Source: an uncultured bacterium
Lineage (GTDB): Bacteria; Patescibacteriota; Minisyncoccia; UBA6257; GWB1-50-10
NCBI GenBank assembly: GCA_963722655.1
Contig: CAVRNT010000001.1
Location: forward strand, 17,447-81,446
Direction of reading: 5' to 3'
Length of the DNA: 64,000 nucleotides
This document shows positions 10,154-20,965 of this stretch, one piece after another. Under the pieces are notes generated by a model that saw nothing but the letters and a program-made list of their open reading frames with translations, searched no databases and was not told where the DNA came from. The position numbers and the translations under genes are program-made. How positions within the stretch are numbered: the first letter of the stretch is position 1; every line of letters begins with the position of its first letter.

Positions 10154-12737
10154 CTTTAAGGAGACCGCCCACGATCTTTTCCGCGAGGGCGTCCACGATC
10201 ACTTTCTGAATGAGGCGCTTGATCGGCCGCGCGCCGTAGTTCGGGTCAAATCCGTTCTCGACCAAATATTTCTTGACCTCCGGTTTGATGGCGAGGACGA
10301 TGCCCTTGGCCGCCAAGCGCTCTTTGACCTCCCGGAGCTGAATATCAACGATCTGTTCGATGTCCTTGGGTCCAAGCGCGTTGAAGATGACGGTCTCGTC
10401 CAAGCGGTTCAAAAATTCGGGCTTGAACGTCTCGCGGAGGGATTCCATCACCTTGGCGCGGAAATTTTCCTCCTGTTCCTTGAGTTCCTGGCCGTCCTCC
10501 CCGAACTTGAAGCCCAAGCCGGACATCTCGCGGAAGTACTCGCTCCCAACGTTCGAGGTCAGAATGATCACGGTGTTCTTGAAATTGACCGTTTTCCCCT
10601 TGGAATCGGTGAGGCGCCCGTTGTCCAATATCTGGAGCAACAGATTGAAGACCTCGGGGTGGGCCTTTTCGATCTCGTCGAAGAGGACCAAGCTGTAGGG
10701 ACGGTGACGCACGACGTCGGTCAGCTGGCCGCCCTCCTCGTAGCCGACGTAACCCGGCGGCGAGCCGATGAGGCGCGAAACGGCGTGGCGCTCCATATAT
10801 TCGGACATGTCGATCCTGACCAATGCCTTTTCATCGTTGAACATGAACTCGGCGAGGGTCCGGGCGAGCTCGGTCTTCCCGACGCCCGTAGGCCCGAGGA
10901 ACATGAACGAGCCCGATGGCCGGTCGACGTCCGCGAGTCCCGCCCGGCTCCGGCGGAGCGACCGCGCGACGGCCTGGATCGCCTCGTTTTGGCCGACCAC
11001 TCGTTCCTTCAGGACCTCCTCGATCCGGACAAGCTTCTTCATCTCGGACTCGAGCATCCGCGAGACGGGAATGCCCGTCCAACGCGAGACGACTGCGGCG
11101 ATGTCTTCCTCGTCCACCACCTCCTTGATAAAATGCTTTTCGCCGGTGCCCCGACCGCTCGCGGTCTTTTCAATCTCGGCGTATTTCTTTTCCGCCTTCG
11201 GCAGTTCGCCGTAGCGGATCGCCGCGACGCGGTCGAAGTCCCCGCCGCGTTCGGCGGTCTCCGCCTCGCGCTTCAGGTCCTCGATAATCTGGCGCAGGCC
11301 GTGCAAGCCGCTCATCCCGCTCTTTTCGGCCGACCACCGTTTCGTGAGCTTGTCGTTCTCGGTCTTCAGTTTCTTCAAATCCGCCTCGACCGCCTTCAAG
11401 CACTCCTGCTTCCCCTTGGCCCGGCTCTTTTCCTTGACCAAGGCGGAGCGTTCCACCTCGAGGCGGGTCACCTCGCGCCGGACGCGCTCGATCTCGGCGG
11501 GGATGCTGTCGGATTCCAGGCGCCTCGCGGCCGAGGCCTCGTCGATGAGGTCGACGGCCTTGTCCGGCAGGAAACGGTCGGTGATGTAGCGCGCGCCCAA
11601 ATTCACGGCGGCGATCAAGGCGTCGTCCGTAATCTTCAGCCCATGGTGCATTTCGTACTTTTCCTTGAGCCCGCGGAGAATGGCGACGGAGTCCTCGACG
11701 GACGGTTCATCGACGAAGATGGGTTGGAAGCGGCGTTCGAGGGCCGCGTCCTTCTCGATGTAGCGTTGGTACTCCTTGATGGTCGTCGCGCCGATTGCGT
11801 GGAGCTCGCCCCGCGCCAAGGGGGGTTTTAAGAGGTTTGAGGCGTCCATCGATCCTTCGGCCATGCCCGCTCCCACGATCATGTGGATCTCGTCGATGAA
11901 GAGGATAATCTTTCCTTCGGAACGCTGGACCTCCTTCAAAAACGCCTTGAAGCGGTCCTCGAACTCGCCACGGAACTTCGTTCCGGCGATGAGGGAACCC
12001 AGGTCCATCATCACGAGCTCCTTGTTCTTCAAAGATTCGGGGACGTCGCCGGAGATGATCCGTTGAGCGAGACCCTCGACGATCGCGGTCTTTCCGACAC
12101 CGGACTCGCCGATCAGGACGGGGTTGTTCTTCGTCCGGCGCGAGAGGATCTGCATCAAGCGGCGCAGCTCTTCTTCCCGACCGATGACGGGGTCCAACTT
12201 CCCTTCCCGGGCCTTTTCCGTAAGGTTCACCGCATATTTCTCCAAAACCTGGAATTTGCTTTCGGGCGTCTCGTCCGTCACCCGGGTCGCGCCCCGGAGT
12301 CCCGCGAGCGCCTTCATTAAGGCGTCCCGCCGGACGCCGAAACGGACGAGGGCCTCCTGGGCCGCCGAGGGGACCTCCAAGACCGCGAGGAGGAGGTGTT
12401 CGCAGGAGATGTACTCGTCCTTGGCTTTGAGGGCGATCTCGCCCGCTTTATCCAATATCCGCATCAGTTCTTGGGAGAGGTAAAGCTGGCCTACGGCGCC
12501 GCCACCCGTCACGATCTTCGGCAATTGCTCCAAGGAGCGCACGAGGTCCCGCTCTAGTTCCGAGACGCTCACGTTCGCCCGCACGAGGAGCGGCCGCACG
12601 AGCGTCTGGTCGTCGTCCAAAAGGGAGAGCAAAAGATGGAGCGCTTTGAGCTCGCCGCTCCCGTACTTCGCGACGAGGTCTTGGGCGCCCTGGAGGGCCT
12701 CCTGGGCCTTGATGGTGAATTTCTGGAAGTTCGGCAT
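10095..12737 (-). CDS. clpB: ATP-dependent chaperone ClpB
   Basis: 880 aa. Clp_N repeats at the N-terminus. Two AAA+ modules with Walker [14 protein letters not shown] and [13 protein letters not shown] long coiled-coil middle domain lies between them, and there is no ClpP-binding IGF loop. Confidence 0.9.
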   Translation of the reverse strand: MPNFQKFTIKAQEALQGAQDLVAKYGSGELKALHLLLSLLDDDQTLVRPLLVRANVSVSELERDLVRSLEQLPKIVTGGGAVGQLYLSQELMRILDKAGEIALKAKDEYISCEHLLLAVLEVPSAAQEALVRFGVRRDALMKALAGLRGATRVTDETPESKFQVLEKYAVNLTEKAREGKLDPVIGREEELRRLMQILSRRTKNNPVLIGESGVGKTAIVEGLAQRIISGDVPESLKNKELVMMDLGSLIAGTKFRGEFEDRFKAFLKEVQRSEGKIILFIDEIHMIVGAGMAEGSMDASNLLKPPLARGELHAIGATTIKEYQRYIEKDAALERRFQPIFVDEPSVEDSVAILRGLKEKYEMHHGLKITDDALIAAVNLGARYITDRFLPDKAVDLIDEASAARRLESDSIPAEIERVRREVTRLEVERSALVKEKSRAKGKQECLKAVEADLKKLKTENDKLTKRWSAEKSGMSGLHGLRQIIEDLKREAETAERGGDFDRVAAIRYGELPKAEKKYAEIEKTASGRGTGEKHFIKEVVDEEDIAAVVSRWTGIPVSRMLESEMKKLVRIEEVLKERVVGQNEAIQAVARSLRRSRAGLADVDRPSGSFMFLGPTGVGKTELARTLAEFMFNDEKALVRIDMSEYMERHAVSRLIGSPPGYVGYEEGGQLTDVVRHRPYSLVLFDEIEKAHPEVFNLLLQILDNGRLTDSKGKTVNFKNTVIILTSNVGSEYFREMSGLGFKFGEDGQELKEQEENFRAKVMESLRETFKPEFLNRLDETVIFNALGPKDIEQIVDIQLREVKERLAAKGIVLAIKPEVKKYLVENGFDPNYGARPIKRLIQKVIVDALAEKIVGGLLKDGEKATIVLNRENRVEVAL

Positions 12738-12825
12738 CTCCTTAATTATACGAGATTATAGGTCGATTGGACACGATTAGCAAGCGCATACGTTGAGCGC
12801 TAATCATTCACTCACTACAAACTAC

Positions 12826-14133
<1,308 letters not shown>

Positions 14134-14167
14134 TTAATATACGAAGAAGGGTGGAGCGCTGGTGCAG

Positions 14168-14953
14168 TTATTTGATCTCGTACTGGAGGGTCACCGAAAC
14201 ATCCACTTCCTCCGAGCCGGGTTCAATCGTCGGCGCGGGCGCAACGGCATTGCCGCCGACCCCCGCAGACATCGCCTTGGCGTACTCGTAGACCGGCTGG
14301 GGCCCTTGGTTCGTGTAGATGGAGAGCAAACGGCCAACGGAGAAGCCTGCTTCCTTGGCGACTTCTTGGGCCTGGGCCTCGGCCTTGGTGATGGCCTGCG
14401 CCCGCGCCTCGGCTTGAACGGAGGTCGGATCGTCGATCGTGAACGATAGCGACGAGACCGTGTTCGCACTGTTTTTGACCACGCCAGAAAGTACCTCGCC
14501 GATCTTCGTGAAGTCGCGGACCTTCACGTCAACGTTCTGCGTCACTGTGTAGCCGACGATCGTGGCCGGCGGGCACGGTTGGACGCTGCTTTGGGGATAA
14601 GCGCAGTTGTAATACTGGTACCGGGGTGAGATGCTATAGCCGCTCGTCTGGATGTCTTTGCTTTCCACACCCTCTCCCTTCACGAAGGCGATCGCCTTGT
14701 TCATTGCGGTCGTGTTCTGGGTTTGGAGCGCACCGAGGTCCGTCCCGCCTTGGGTGAGGATACTGAAGGAGAACTCGGCCACGTCCGGCACGCCGATCGC
14801 CTTACCGTCGCCCGTGACCGTAAAACTCCGGTACGAAGATGGCTGCACTGAGCTGCCGTAAGTGCCGGCCGCGGAAAGCGCGGCGTAGCCGACCGCGAGG
14901 ACGGCTAAGATGACGGCGACATAAAGATACCCCCTTAATTTATCTGTTTGCAT
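14168..14953 (-). CDS. SIMPL/DUF541 (BP26-like) periplasmic protein
   Basis: 261 aa with signal/anchor. The region VTGDGKAIGVPDVAEFSFSILTQG...GYSISPRYQY matches the SIMPL family pattern. Confidence 0.75.
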   Translation of the reverse strand: MQTDKLRGYLYVAVILAVLAVGYAALSAAGTYGSSVQPSSYRSFTVTGDGKAIGVPDVAEFSFSILTQGGTDLGALQTQNTTAMNKAIAFVKGEGVESKDIQTSGYSISPRYQYYNCAYPQSSVQPCPPATIVGYTVTQNVDVKVRDFTKIGEVLSGVVKNSANTVSSLSFTIDDPTSVQAEARAQAITKAEAQAQEVAKEAGFSVGRLLSIYTNQGPQPVYEYAKAMSAGVGGNAVAPAPTIEPGSEEVDVSVTLQYEIK

Positions 14954-14960
14954 ATTTTCA

Positions 14961-16091
14961 TTATAACACCCCTCTCATTCTCTTAATGACCTCATTCAAT
15001 TCCCTTTCGGTCGTCGGCAAACCGAAGCTGAAACGGATGCTTCCCCGGATCCTCTCGCCGGAAAATCCCAAGGCTTGAAGGACGTGCGAGGGCGTGAAGG
15101 CCCGCGCGGCACAGGCCGAGCCAGAGGAAACGGCGATGCCCGCGAGGTCCATCTGCACTAAAAGATCGCCGGCGTACTCGCTTGGGAAATGGACATTCAA
15201 TATGTGCGGCGCCCCCGATGAGCCGTTGATCTCCACATCCGGCACGATCTTCTTCAGCTTTTGCCAGAAATATTCCTTGAGGGCCGCCACTCTCCTTGCC
15301 GCTTGTTTCTTGTTCCTTATCGCTGATTCCATCGCCTTCCCGAAACCGACGACACCTGGGACGTTCTCCGTTCCCGAACGCAGACCGAATTCCTGGCCAC
15401 CGCCGGTGATAACGGGTCGCAGTGGGTAGTGAGCAGTTTGTGATTTTTTGACGTACAACGCGCCGACGCCCTTGGGGCCGTAGACCTTCTGGCTTGAGAG
15501 CGTCATCAGGTCCACGCCCAGCTTCTCCACATCGCAGTCGAAGTAGACTGGGGCTTGGGAAGCATCGGTATGGAAGAGCGGATGGAATTTTGAATCCTCT
15601 ATCATTTTGGCGATGGCCGCGATTGGCTGGACGGAGCCGATTTCATTGTTCACGTACATCACGGAGACGAGAACCGTCCGTTCATCAAGTGCTGATTCAA
15701 GTTCTTTGACGTCGATGATACCCCTTTTATCGACGGGGATAACATTGATCTCGATGCCGTCCTTCTCCAGATCGCGCGCGGTCTCCAGAATGGACTCGTG
15801 CTCGATGGCCGAGACTATCACTTTAGGACGCTGGCGGCCTCGCACGGCTCCGCGCAAGGCCAGATTGTTCGCCTCGGTCGCCGAACCGGTGAAGGCAACT
15901 TCCTGGAAATCGGCCTTGATTGCTTGGGCCACTTTTTCGCGGGCGCCATCCACCGCCGCGAGCGCCTCCTGACCGAAGGAATGTAATGAGCCCGGGTTGC
16001 CGTACTCCTTCTCGAAATACGGTTTCATTGCAGCAAAAACCTCCGGCGCCACCGGCGTCGTGGCGGCGTAGTCCAAGTATACGCGCCGCAT
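14961..16091 (-). CDS. cysteine desulfurase (class V aminotransferase, NifS/IscS family)
   Basis: 376 aa starting MRRVYLDYAATTPV. PLP-lysine region SSQKVYGPKGVGALYV. SGSAC near the C-terminus. Confidence 0.85.
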   Translation of the reverse strand: MRRVYLDYAATTPVAPEVFAAMKPYFEKEYGNPGSLHSFGQEALAAVDGAREKVAQAIKADFQEVAFTGSATEANNLALRGAVRGRQRPKVIVSAIEHESILETARDLEKDGIEINVIPVDKRGIIDVKELESALDERTVLVSVMYVNNEIGSVQPIAAIAKMIEDSKFHPLFHTDASQAPVYFDCDVEKLGVDLMTLSSQKVYGPKGVGALYVKKSQTAHYPLRPVITGGGQEFGLRSGTENVPGVVGFGKAMESAIRNKKQAARRVAALKEYFWQKLKKIVPDVEINGSSGAPHILNVHFPSEYAGDLLVQMDLAGIAVSSGSACAARAFTPSHVLQALGFSGERIRGSIRFSFGLPTTERELNEVIKRMRGVL

Positions 16092-16094
16092 GCC

Positions 16095-16571
16095 CTATTT
16101 TTTCTCTCCCTCCTTCTCGATGACCTTAGCGAAGTCGAAGTTCCGGAAGATGATGAGCAGGACGAGCATCAGGAGCGTCGCGACGATGGCGAAGGTGATG
16201 AGCCCCACCCCGCAGAGCACGCCCGCGGCCGCCACGAACCAGATGGTCGCCGCGGTCGTGACGCTCCGGACGTGCGTCCCCTGCTTGACGATGATGCCGG
16301 CACCCAAAAAGCCAATGCCCACGACGACATTCGCGATGACGGCCAAAAAGCCGCTGTTCCGGGCCAGAACGTCGGCGAGGTTGCCCGTCTCCGCGGAAAC
16401 GATGTACGGGAGCATCAACCCGACGATCGAGAAGATGGCCGCTCCGGCCGCGACGAGCATGTCCGTCCGGACGCCCGCTTCCTTGCCGATGGACTCACGC
16501 TCCAATCCGACGAGAAAGCCGAGGACGACGGCCGCGACGAGACGCAAGAGCATTTGATCGATGGTTAACAT
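16095..16571 (-). CDS. mgtC: MgtC/SapB family membrane protein
   Basis: 158 aa. LRLVAAVVLGFLVGLERE is the MgtC signature. 4-5 TM helices. Confidence 0.8.
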   Translation of the reverse strand: MLTIDQMLLRLVAAVVLGFLVGLERESIGKEAGVRTDMLVAAGAAIFSIVGLMLPYIVSAETGNLADVLARNSGFLAVIANVVVGIGFLGAGIIVKQGTHVRSVTTAATIWFVAAAGVLCGVGLITFAIVATLLMLVLLIIFRNFDFAKVIEKEGEKK

Positions 16572-16589
16572 AAGCTAATTATACAATTT

Positions 16590-17135
16590 CTAATTGTAAT
16601 TAGGACTTTCTTCATTCCTCTCCGCTGACTTGTTCGCGAACCGCGCGAGGGCGAATATCAAGCTCGAGAGCCGGTTCAAGAACTTCAATATCTCCGGCGA
16701 GAGCGGTTTTTTTTCGTTGAACGCCACGGCCGAGCGCTCCGCTCGGCGGGCGACGGCCCGGGCGAGGTCTAGTTCCGCGGCGAGGCGCGTCCCGCCTGGC
16801 AAAACGAAGTTTTTGAGGGCCGGTAATTTTTCATCCAGCTTCTTTATCTCCGTTTCCAAAAACGCCGTGTACGCGGCGCTCATCTTGTTCACCGGCTTAA
16901 TCTCGTATTCGAATCCGGTCGCCGCTACCTCCGCTTGGGCGATGAAGACAACTTCCTGAACGCGCTTCAGGACCGCATCGAAATCGGATGGATTCGCCCG
17001 GCAAACGCCTACGAGAGAGTTGAGCTCGTCCAAATTCCCGAGAAGTTCGAAGAGCGCGTCGCTTTTCGGTAGTTCCTTTTTACCGAACAAGCTCTCGCCC
17101 TCATCGCCGCGGCCGGTGTAGAATATCGTGTTCAT
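16590..17135 (-). CDS. PduO-type ATP:cob(I)alamin adenosyltransferase
   Basis: The N-terminal core MNTIFYTGRGDEGESLFG...LGNLDELNSLVGV matches the PduO/MMAB family. The start is chosen at the internal Met, 15 codons into the listed ORF. Confidence 0.7.
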   Translation of the reverse strand: MNTIFYTGRGDEGESLFGKKELPKSDALFELLGNLDELNSLVGVCRANPSDFDAVLKRVQEVVFIAQAEVAATGFEYEIKPVNKMSAAYTAFLETEIKKLDEKLPALKNFVLPGGTRLAAELDLARAVARRAERSAVAFNEKKPLSPEILKFLNRLSSLIFALARFANKSAERNEESPNYN

Positions 17136-17249
17136 CTTGGGTGCCCGGAGAGAGTTGAACTCTCGATATCGGTTCCACAAACCGAAGTTTTACCGCTAAA
17201 CTACGGGCACCATCAAACTACGCTCACACTTTAAAACAAAACGCCTGAT

Positions 17250-17996
17250 TTGAAAAGCCAGACGCTATATAATGGACCAATGCCTAAATACATCGCTCGC
17301 CTGAAAGACAAACGAACCGTCGCCGACGGAACGATGGCCTTCGTCATCTCTCGGCCAGAGGGTTTCATCTTCAAAGCCGGCCAGAACGCCGATTTTACCC
17401 TCCTAAATTTTGCGGAGCAAAAATTGGGAGGGCGAGACGCTATCAGGACGTTCTCATTCGCGAGCGCGCCTTCGGAGGTCGATCTTACAATCGCGACAAG
17501 GATGCGCGATACGGTCTTCAAGAATATTTTAAAGACCTTGCCTGACGGCGCCAACCTACAGATCGACGGCCCTTACGGCAACATGACTCTCCAAGTGAAT
17601 GCCGCGCGCCCGGCCGTCATGCTTGCGGGCGGCATCGGCATCACGCCCTTTCGGAGCATGGCCCGCGAAGCCGCGGCCCAAAAACTTCCCCATAAGCTGT
17701 TCCTCTTCTACTCCAACCGCGCGCCGAAGGACGCTCCTTTCCTCGCGGAACTCAAGGAACTGGAGGCGAAGCGCCCGAACTTCAGGCTCGTCGTCACGAT
17801 GACGGATGACACCTCGTGGCCGGGAGAAAAGGGTTATATTTCAAAGGAGATGATCGAGAAGCACATCGCTGACGTTCTTTCTCCTATTTATTATCTCGCT
17901 GGTTCGCCCATGATGACAGGCGCGATGCATAAGATGCTCAGTGGTTTCGGCATCTCGGACGATGATATCCGGATGGAGGAGTTCGCTGGCTACTGA
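17250..17996 (+). CDS. ferredoxin-reductase-type FAD/NAD(P)-binding oxidoreductase
   Basis: RTFSFASAP (FAD-binding RxYS-like motif) and GGIGITPFRSM (NAD-binding GGxGxxP). Alternative start at Met11 (17280). Confidence 0.7.
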   Translation: MKSQTLYNGPMPKYIARLKDKRTVADGTMAFVISRPEGFIFKAGQNADFTLLNFAEQKLGGRDAIRTFSFASAPSEVDLTIATRMRDTVFKNILKTLPDGANLQIDGPYGNMTLQVNAARPAVMLAGGIGITPFRSMAREAAAQKLPHKLFLFYSNRAPKDAPFLAELKELEAKRPNFRLVVTMTDDTSWPGEKGYISKEMIEKHIADVLSPIYYLAGSPMMTGAMHKMLSGFGISDDDIRMEEFAGY

Positions 17997-18298
17997 CCCA
18001 CGACGCGGGGCGGATTTTCCCTAATCGCTTCACTAATGAGCTGTTCCATTATCTCGAGCGCCCGCTCGCGGTTCTCTTCCTGCGTGCGCTTTTCCTCGTT
18101 CGTCACCTCAAGCTCATCGCGTTTCGTAATGCGATGCACCAATTTTTTCCGTACGAGCTCTTTCTGATGGTCGTCCAACTTCAGGTCTTCAACCTGAATC
18201 CACATATGGACTTTGGTGTCGCGGCGGGAGACGTTATGACCGGCGCCCTCGGCCCGCACCGCCTCGAACCTAATCTTCTCTGGATTTACAAAATTCAT
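17990..18298 (-). CDS. ArfB/YaeJ-like peptidyl-tRNA hydrolase domain protein with degenerate GGQ motif
   Basis: 102 aa. FEAVRAEGAGHNVSRRDTKVHMWIQ aligns with E. coli ArfB [25 protein letters not shown], but the GGQ is replaced by G-H. It has a basic, Lys/Glu-rich C-terminal tail like ArfB. Confidence 0.6.
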   Translation of the reverse strand: MNFVNPEKIRFEAVRAEGAGHNVSRRDTKVHMWIQVEDLKLDDHQKELVRKKLVHRITKRDELEVTNEEKRTQEENRERALEIMEQLISEAIRENPPRVVGQ

Positions 18299-18328
18299 AA
18301 TTTGATACTATTGTAGAATAGCTCGGCT

Positions 18329-19033
18329 ATGAATACTATTCTCGGCTCCGTCGGCGACTGGCTCATCGCCTATCCCGCTTGGACCCATTGGATAATCGCC
18401 GCCGGCGCCTTCCTTCAGGGAGAGATTACCATCTTCGTCGGCGTCTATTTAGTCGTGAACCACAGTTTGAGCTGGGGTGATTTGATCTTCCCCTTTGCCG
18501 CGGGCGTCGTGGGGAGCGATTTCGTCCTTTACTTCGCCGGCCGGCTCCTGCGGGGCACCCGCTTCGGCTGGAAGTTCTACCGCCGCCGGCTCAAGGAGAA
18601 CCGCAAGGCCCAGGCCTATTTCTATTACGTCCGCGAGAACACCCGGAAGGTCCTCATCGCCTCCAAATTCCTCTTGGGCGCGAACCTTTTCACCGTCCTC
18701 TCGATCGGTTGGGCTAAGACGAAGTTCAAGAAGTTCTTCAGCGCCCAGCTCGGCGGTTTCTTCCTTTGGTTCGCTACGATGACGGCCATCGCCTATTTCC
18801 TGGACTCCGGCCTTTATTACCTCCAATCGGCGAAGATCTTCCAGCAGGCGGAGTATCTGATCCCGATCGCGATCGTCGTCATCTTCGCCGGCGAGTATCT
18901 CTTCCGCAAGGTCTTCCGCGGCGCCGCAGCCATTACGGAGCAGGCCAAAGAGATCGGCAATAATGTTTCCGGCGCGGAAAAAAAAGACGAAGAGGAGGGC
19001 TTGTTCGACGATAGCGAGGATTTCAAGCCTTAG
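18329..19033 (+). CDS. DedA/VTT-domain family membrane protein
   Basis: 234 aa, multi-TM. Region FPFAAGVVGSDFVLYFAGRLLRG. Acidic C-terminal tail. Confidence 0.65.
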   Translation: MNTILGSVGDWLIAYPAWTHWIIAAGAFLQGEITIFVGVYLVVNHSLSWGDLIFPFAAGVVGSDFVLYFAGRLLRGTRFGWKFYRRRLKENRKAQAYFYYVRENTRKVLIASKFLLGANLFTVLSIGWAKTKFKKFFSAQLGGFFLWFATMTAIAYFLDSGLYYLQSAKIFQQAEYLIPIAIVVIFAGEYLFRKVFRGAAAITEQAKEIGNNVSGAEKKDEEEGLFDDSEDFKP

Positions 19034-19141
19034 ACGAGCTTCACTATCTCCTATGCTTCCTTCTTCGCCATCGGCGGCGTTCCGCCTTCGCACGGCGCGC
19101 AATGTTTTTGGTTTAGGTCTATAAGATGATCATACCGTAAC

Positions 19142-19170
19142 TTGCCAATATCCCTTAATTTACTTAGATT
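19142..19170 (+). promoter_or_regulatory. candidate sigma-70 promoter for tRNA-Phe/znuCB
   Basis: TTGCCA-N17-TAGATT lies 14 nt upstream of the tRNA 5' end. Confidence 0.4.
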
Positions 19171-19183
19171 TATTGAGTAACTT

Positions 19184-19258
19184 GCCGCGGTAGCTCAGTG
19201 GCAGAGCGCAGCCCTGAAGAGGCTGGCGTCGGGGGTTCGATTCCCTCCCGCGGCACCA
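19184..19258 (+). tRNA. tRNA-Phe (GAA)
   Basis: GCCGCGGTAGCTCAGTGGCAGAGCGCAGCCCTGAAGAGGCTGGCGTCGGGGGTTCGATTCCCTCCCGCGGCACCA. 7-bp acceptor stem, anticodon loop CTGAAGA, T-loop TTCGATT, encoded CCA. Confidence 0.9.
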
Positions 19259-19999
19259 ATGGACAACTCTAAAATCCTCGGGGTAAATGACCTTTCCGTA
19301 ATTTTAGACGGGAAGGAAATAATCGAGAACGTCTCCTTCGAGATCCAAAAACAGGAGGCTTTGGCCGTCATCGGTCCGAACGGCGCCGGGAAGTCCGTCC
19401 TTCTCAAGACTCTCGTCGGCATCAACAAGAAATACAGCGGCGAGATAAGCTTCGCTCCCGGAACGAGGATCGGCTATCTTCCCCAACGTTTTCACGTGGA
19501 CTTCTATCTCCCGATGACCGTGAAGGAGTTCCTGAACTTGAAGCCGGAACACAAATATTCGCTCGCCGACGTTCTCCGCCTCGTGGAGATACCGGAGACG
19601 TGGCTCGACCAAAACCTCGCGACCTTCTCGAGCGGCCAGCTCCAAAAAATACTTTTGGCTTGGGCGATCATCGACCAGCCGCAGATCCTCCTTTTCGACG
19701 AGCCGACGGAGAACGTGGATGTCGTCTCGCAGGAATCCATCTACGACCTTTTGCACGACCTGCAGGACGAGCTCAACATCTCGATAATCATCGTCTCCCA
19801 CGACCTGAACGTGGTCTACAAGTACGCCCAGACTGTTCTCTGTCTCAACGAGAAGATGCTTTGCTACGGAGCGCCGCTTCAGGCCCTCACGAACGAGACG
19901 CTCTCGAAGCTCTACGGCAACCACGCCTTCTTCCATCACCATCATTTCGGCGAGCATCATCATGATGAAGAGCACGAACATCATCACCACGAAGAATAA
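19259..19999 (+). CDS. znuC: metal (Zn/Mn-type) ABC transporter ATP-binding protein with His-rich C-terminal tail
   Basis: Walker A GPNGAGKS, signature LSSGQLQKILLA, Walker B ILLFDEPT. The C-terminus is HHHHFGEHHHDEEHEHHHHEE. The ATG is 1 nt after the tRNA-Phe CCA end. Confidence 0.8.
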   Translation: MDNSKILGVNDLSVILDGKEIIENVSFEIQKQEALAVIGPNGAGKSVLLKTLVGINKKYSGEISFAPGTRIGYLPQRFHVDFYLPMTVKEFLNLKPEHKYSLADVLRLVEIPETWLDQNLATFSSGQLQKILLAWAIIDQPQILLFDEPTENVDVVSQESIYDLLHDLQDELNISIIIVSHDLNVVYKYAQTVLCLNEKMLCYGAPLQALTNETLSKLYGNHAFFHHHHFGEHHHDEEHEHHHHEE

Positions 20000-20761
20000 A
20001 TGGACATCTTCACCCTAACTTTGATCTCGGGGGGGTTCGTCGCTGCGGCCAGTGGCTTGGTCGGTTCTTTCCTGATCCTGCGGCGGATGGCTCTTATGTC
20101 TGACGCTCTTTCGCACGTCGCCCTCCCCGGCATCGCACTCGGCGTCATCCTCCATTTCGCTCCGATTTGGGGCGGACTGGTTTTCCTCTTCATCGGCGTG
20201 GCGCTCATTTGGCTCGTGGAGAACAAGACCAAACTCGCGACCGAATCTGTGACGGGTGTGCTCTTCGTGACGGCCCTCGCGGTCGGGGCGCTCCTCATCC
20301 CGGAGCAGGACCTCTTGGAGGCTTTCTTCGGGAGCGTCACCAAGCTCACTGCTTTGCAGATCGGTCTCCAGACCGTCGTCGCGCTCGGCATCATCGTCTT
20401 CATCCTCGCTTACCTGAAACGCCTGACGCTTTTCGCCATCGCGCCCGATCTGAGCGCTTCGCTCAAGGTGTCGTCGCTCAAGATGCAGTTCATCCTCCTT
20501 GCGCTTATTGCTCTCACAATTTCGATCGGCATCGGCTTCGTCGGCGTGCTCCTAATGAGCGCAATCGTCATCATCCCACCCGCCGCAGCACGGAATATTG
20601 CCAAAAGTTTCAACGGATTTTTGATAACAAGCATCGTGATCGCCGTTCTTTCGCTCACGGCCGGCCTCGTGGTCGGCGAAGCCTACGGATTGAACCCCGG
20701 CGTGATGACGGTTCTCGTGAGTGCCGGCCTTTTCGTAATCAGCTTATTCTGGAGAATATAA
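20000..20761 (+). CDS. znuB: metal ABC transporter permease (ABC-3/ZnuB family)
   Basis: 253 aa, about 8 TM helices. LRRMALMSDALSHVALPGIALG is typical of ZnuB/MntB permeases. It directly abuts znuC. Confidence 0.8.
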   Translation: MDIFTLTLISGGFVAAASGLVGSFLILRRMALMSDALSHVALPGIALGVILHFAPIWGGLVFLFIGVALIWLVENKTKLATESVTGVLFVTALAVGALLIPEQDLLEAFFGSVTKLTALQIGLQTVVALGIIVFILAYLKRLTLFAIAPDLSASLKVSSLKMQFILLALIALTISIGIGFVGVLLMSAIVIIPPAAARNIAKSFNGFLITSIVIAVLSLTAGLVVGEAYGLNPGVMTVLVSAGLFVISLFWRI

Positions 20762-20768
20762 ATTCTTG

Positions 20769-20839
20769 TCGGAGGGCCGAGATTTGAACTCGGACTACAT
20801 GCTCCCAAAGCATGCGTGCTACCATTACACCACTCTCCG
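20769..20839 (-). tRNA. tRNA-Pro (TGG)
   Basis: The reverse complement is CGGAGAGTGGTGTAATGGTAGCACGCATGCTTTGGGAGCATGTAGTCCGAGTTCAAATCTCGGCCCTCCGA. Anticodon stem CATGC/GCATG with loop TTTGGGA. There is one A-C mismatch in the acceptor stem, and CCA is not encoded. Confidence 0.75.
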
Positions 20840-20886
20840 TTACCTTGAGTTTATCCGCGTTTTGGATACTCTGTAAAGCAGACATC

Positions 20887-20958
20887 CCCCTCGTAGCTCA
20901 ATGGATAGAGCAGCGCTCTTCTAAGGCGTTGATGCGGGTTCGATTCCTGCCGAGGGGG
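20887..20958 (+). tRNA. tRNA-Arg (TCT)
   Basis: CCCCTCGTAGCTCAATGGATAGAGCAGCGCTCTTCTAAGGCGTTGATGCGGGTTCGATTCCTGCCGAGGGGG. Acceptor CCCCTCG/CGAGGGG. Anticodon loop CTTCTAA as in E. coli tRNA-Arg(UCU). Confidence 0.8.
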
Positions 20959-20965
20959 CAATTTT

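Noticed and set aside
10077-11831. 584-aa plus-strand ORF and many 70-150-aa ORFs antisense to clpB
   Set aside because: They are shadow ORFs typical of GC-rich sequence. The opposite strand encodes a complete, motif-rich ClpB. Their products are low-complexity and Arg/Ala/Gly-rich.
19195-19428. 77-aa minus-strand ORF overlapping tRNA-Phe
   Set aside because: It overlaps a canonical tRNA and the znuC 5' end, so it is spurious.
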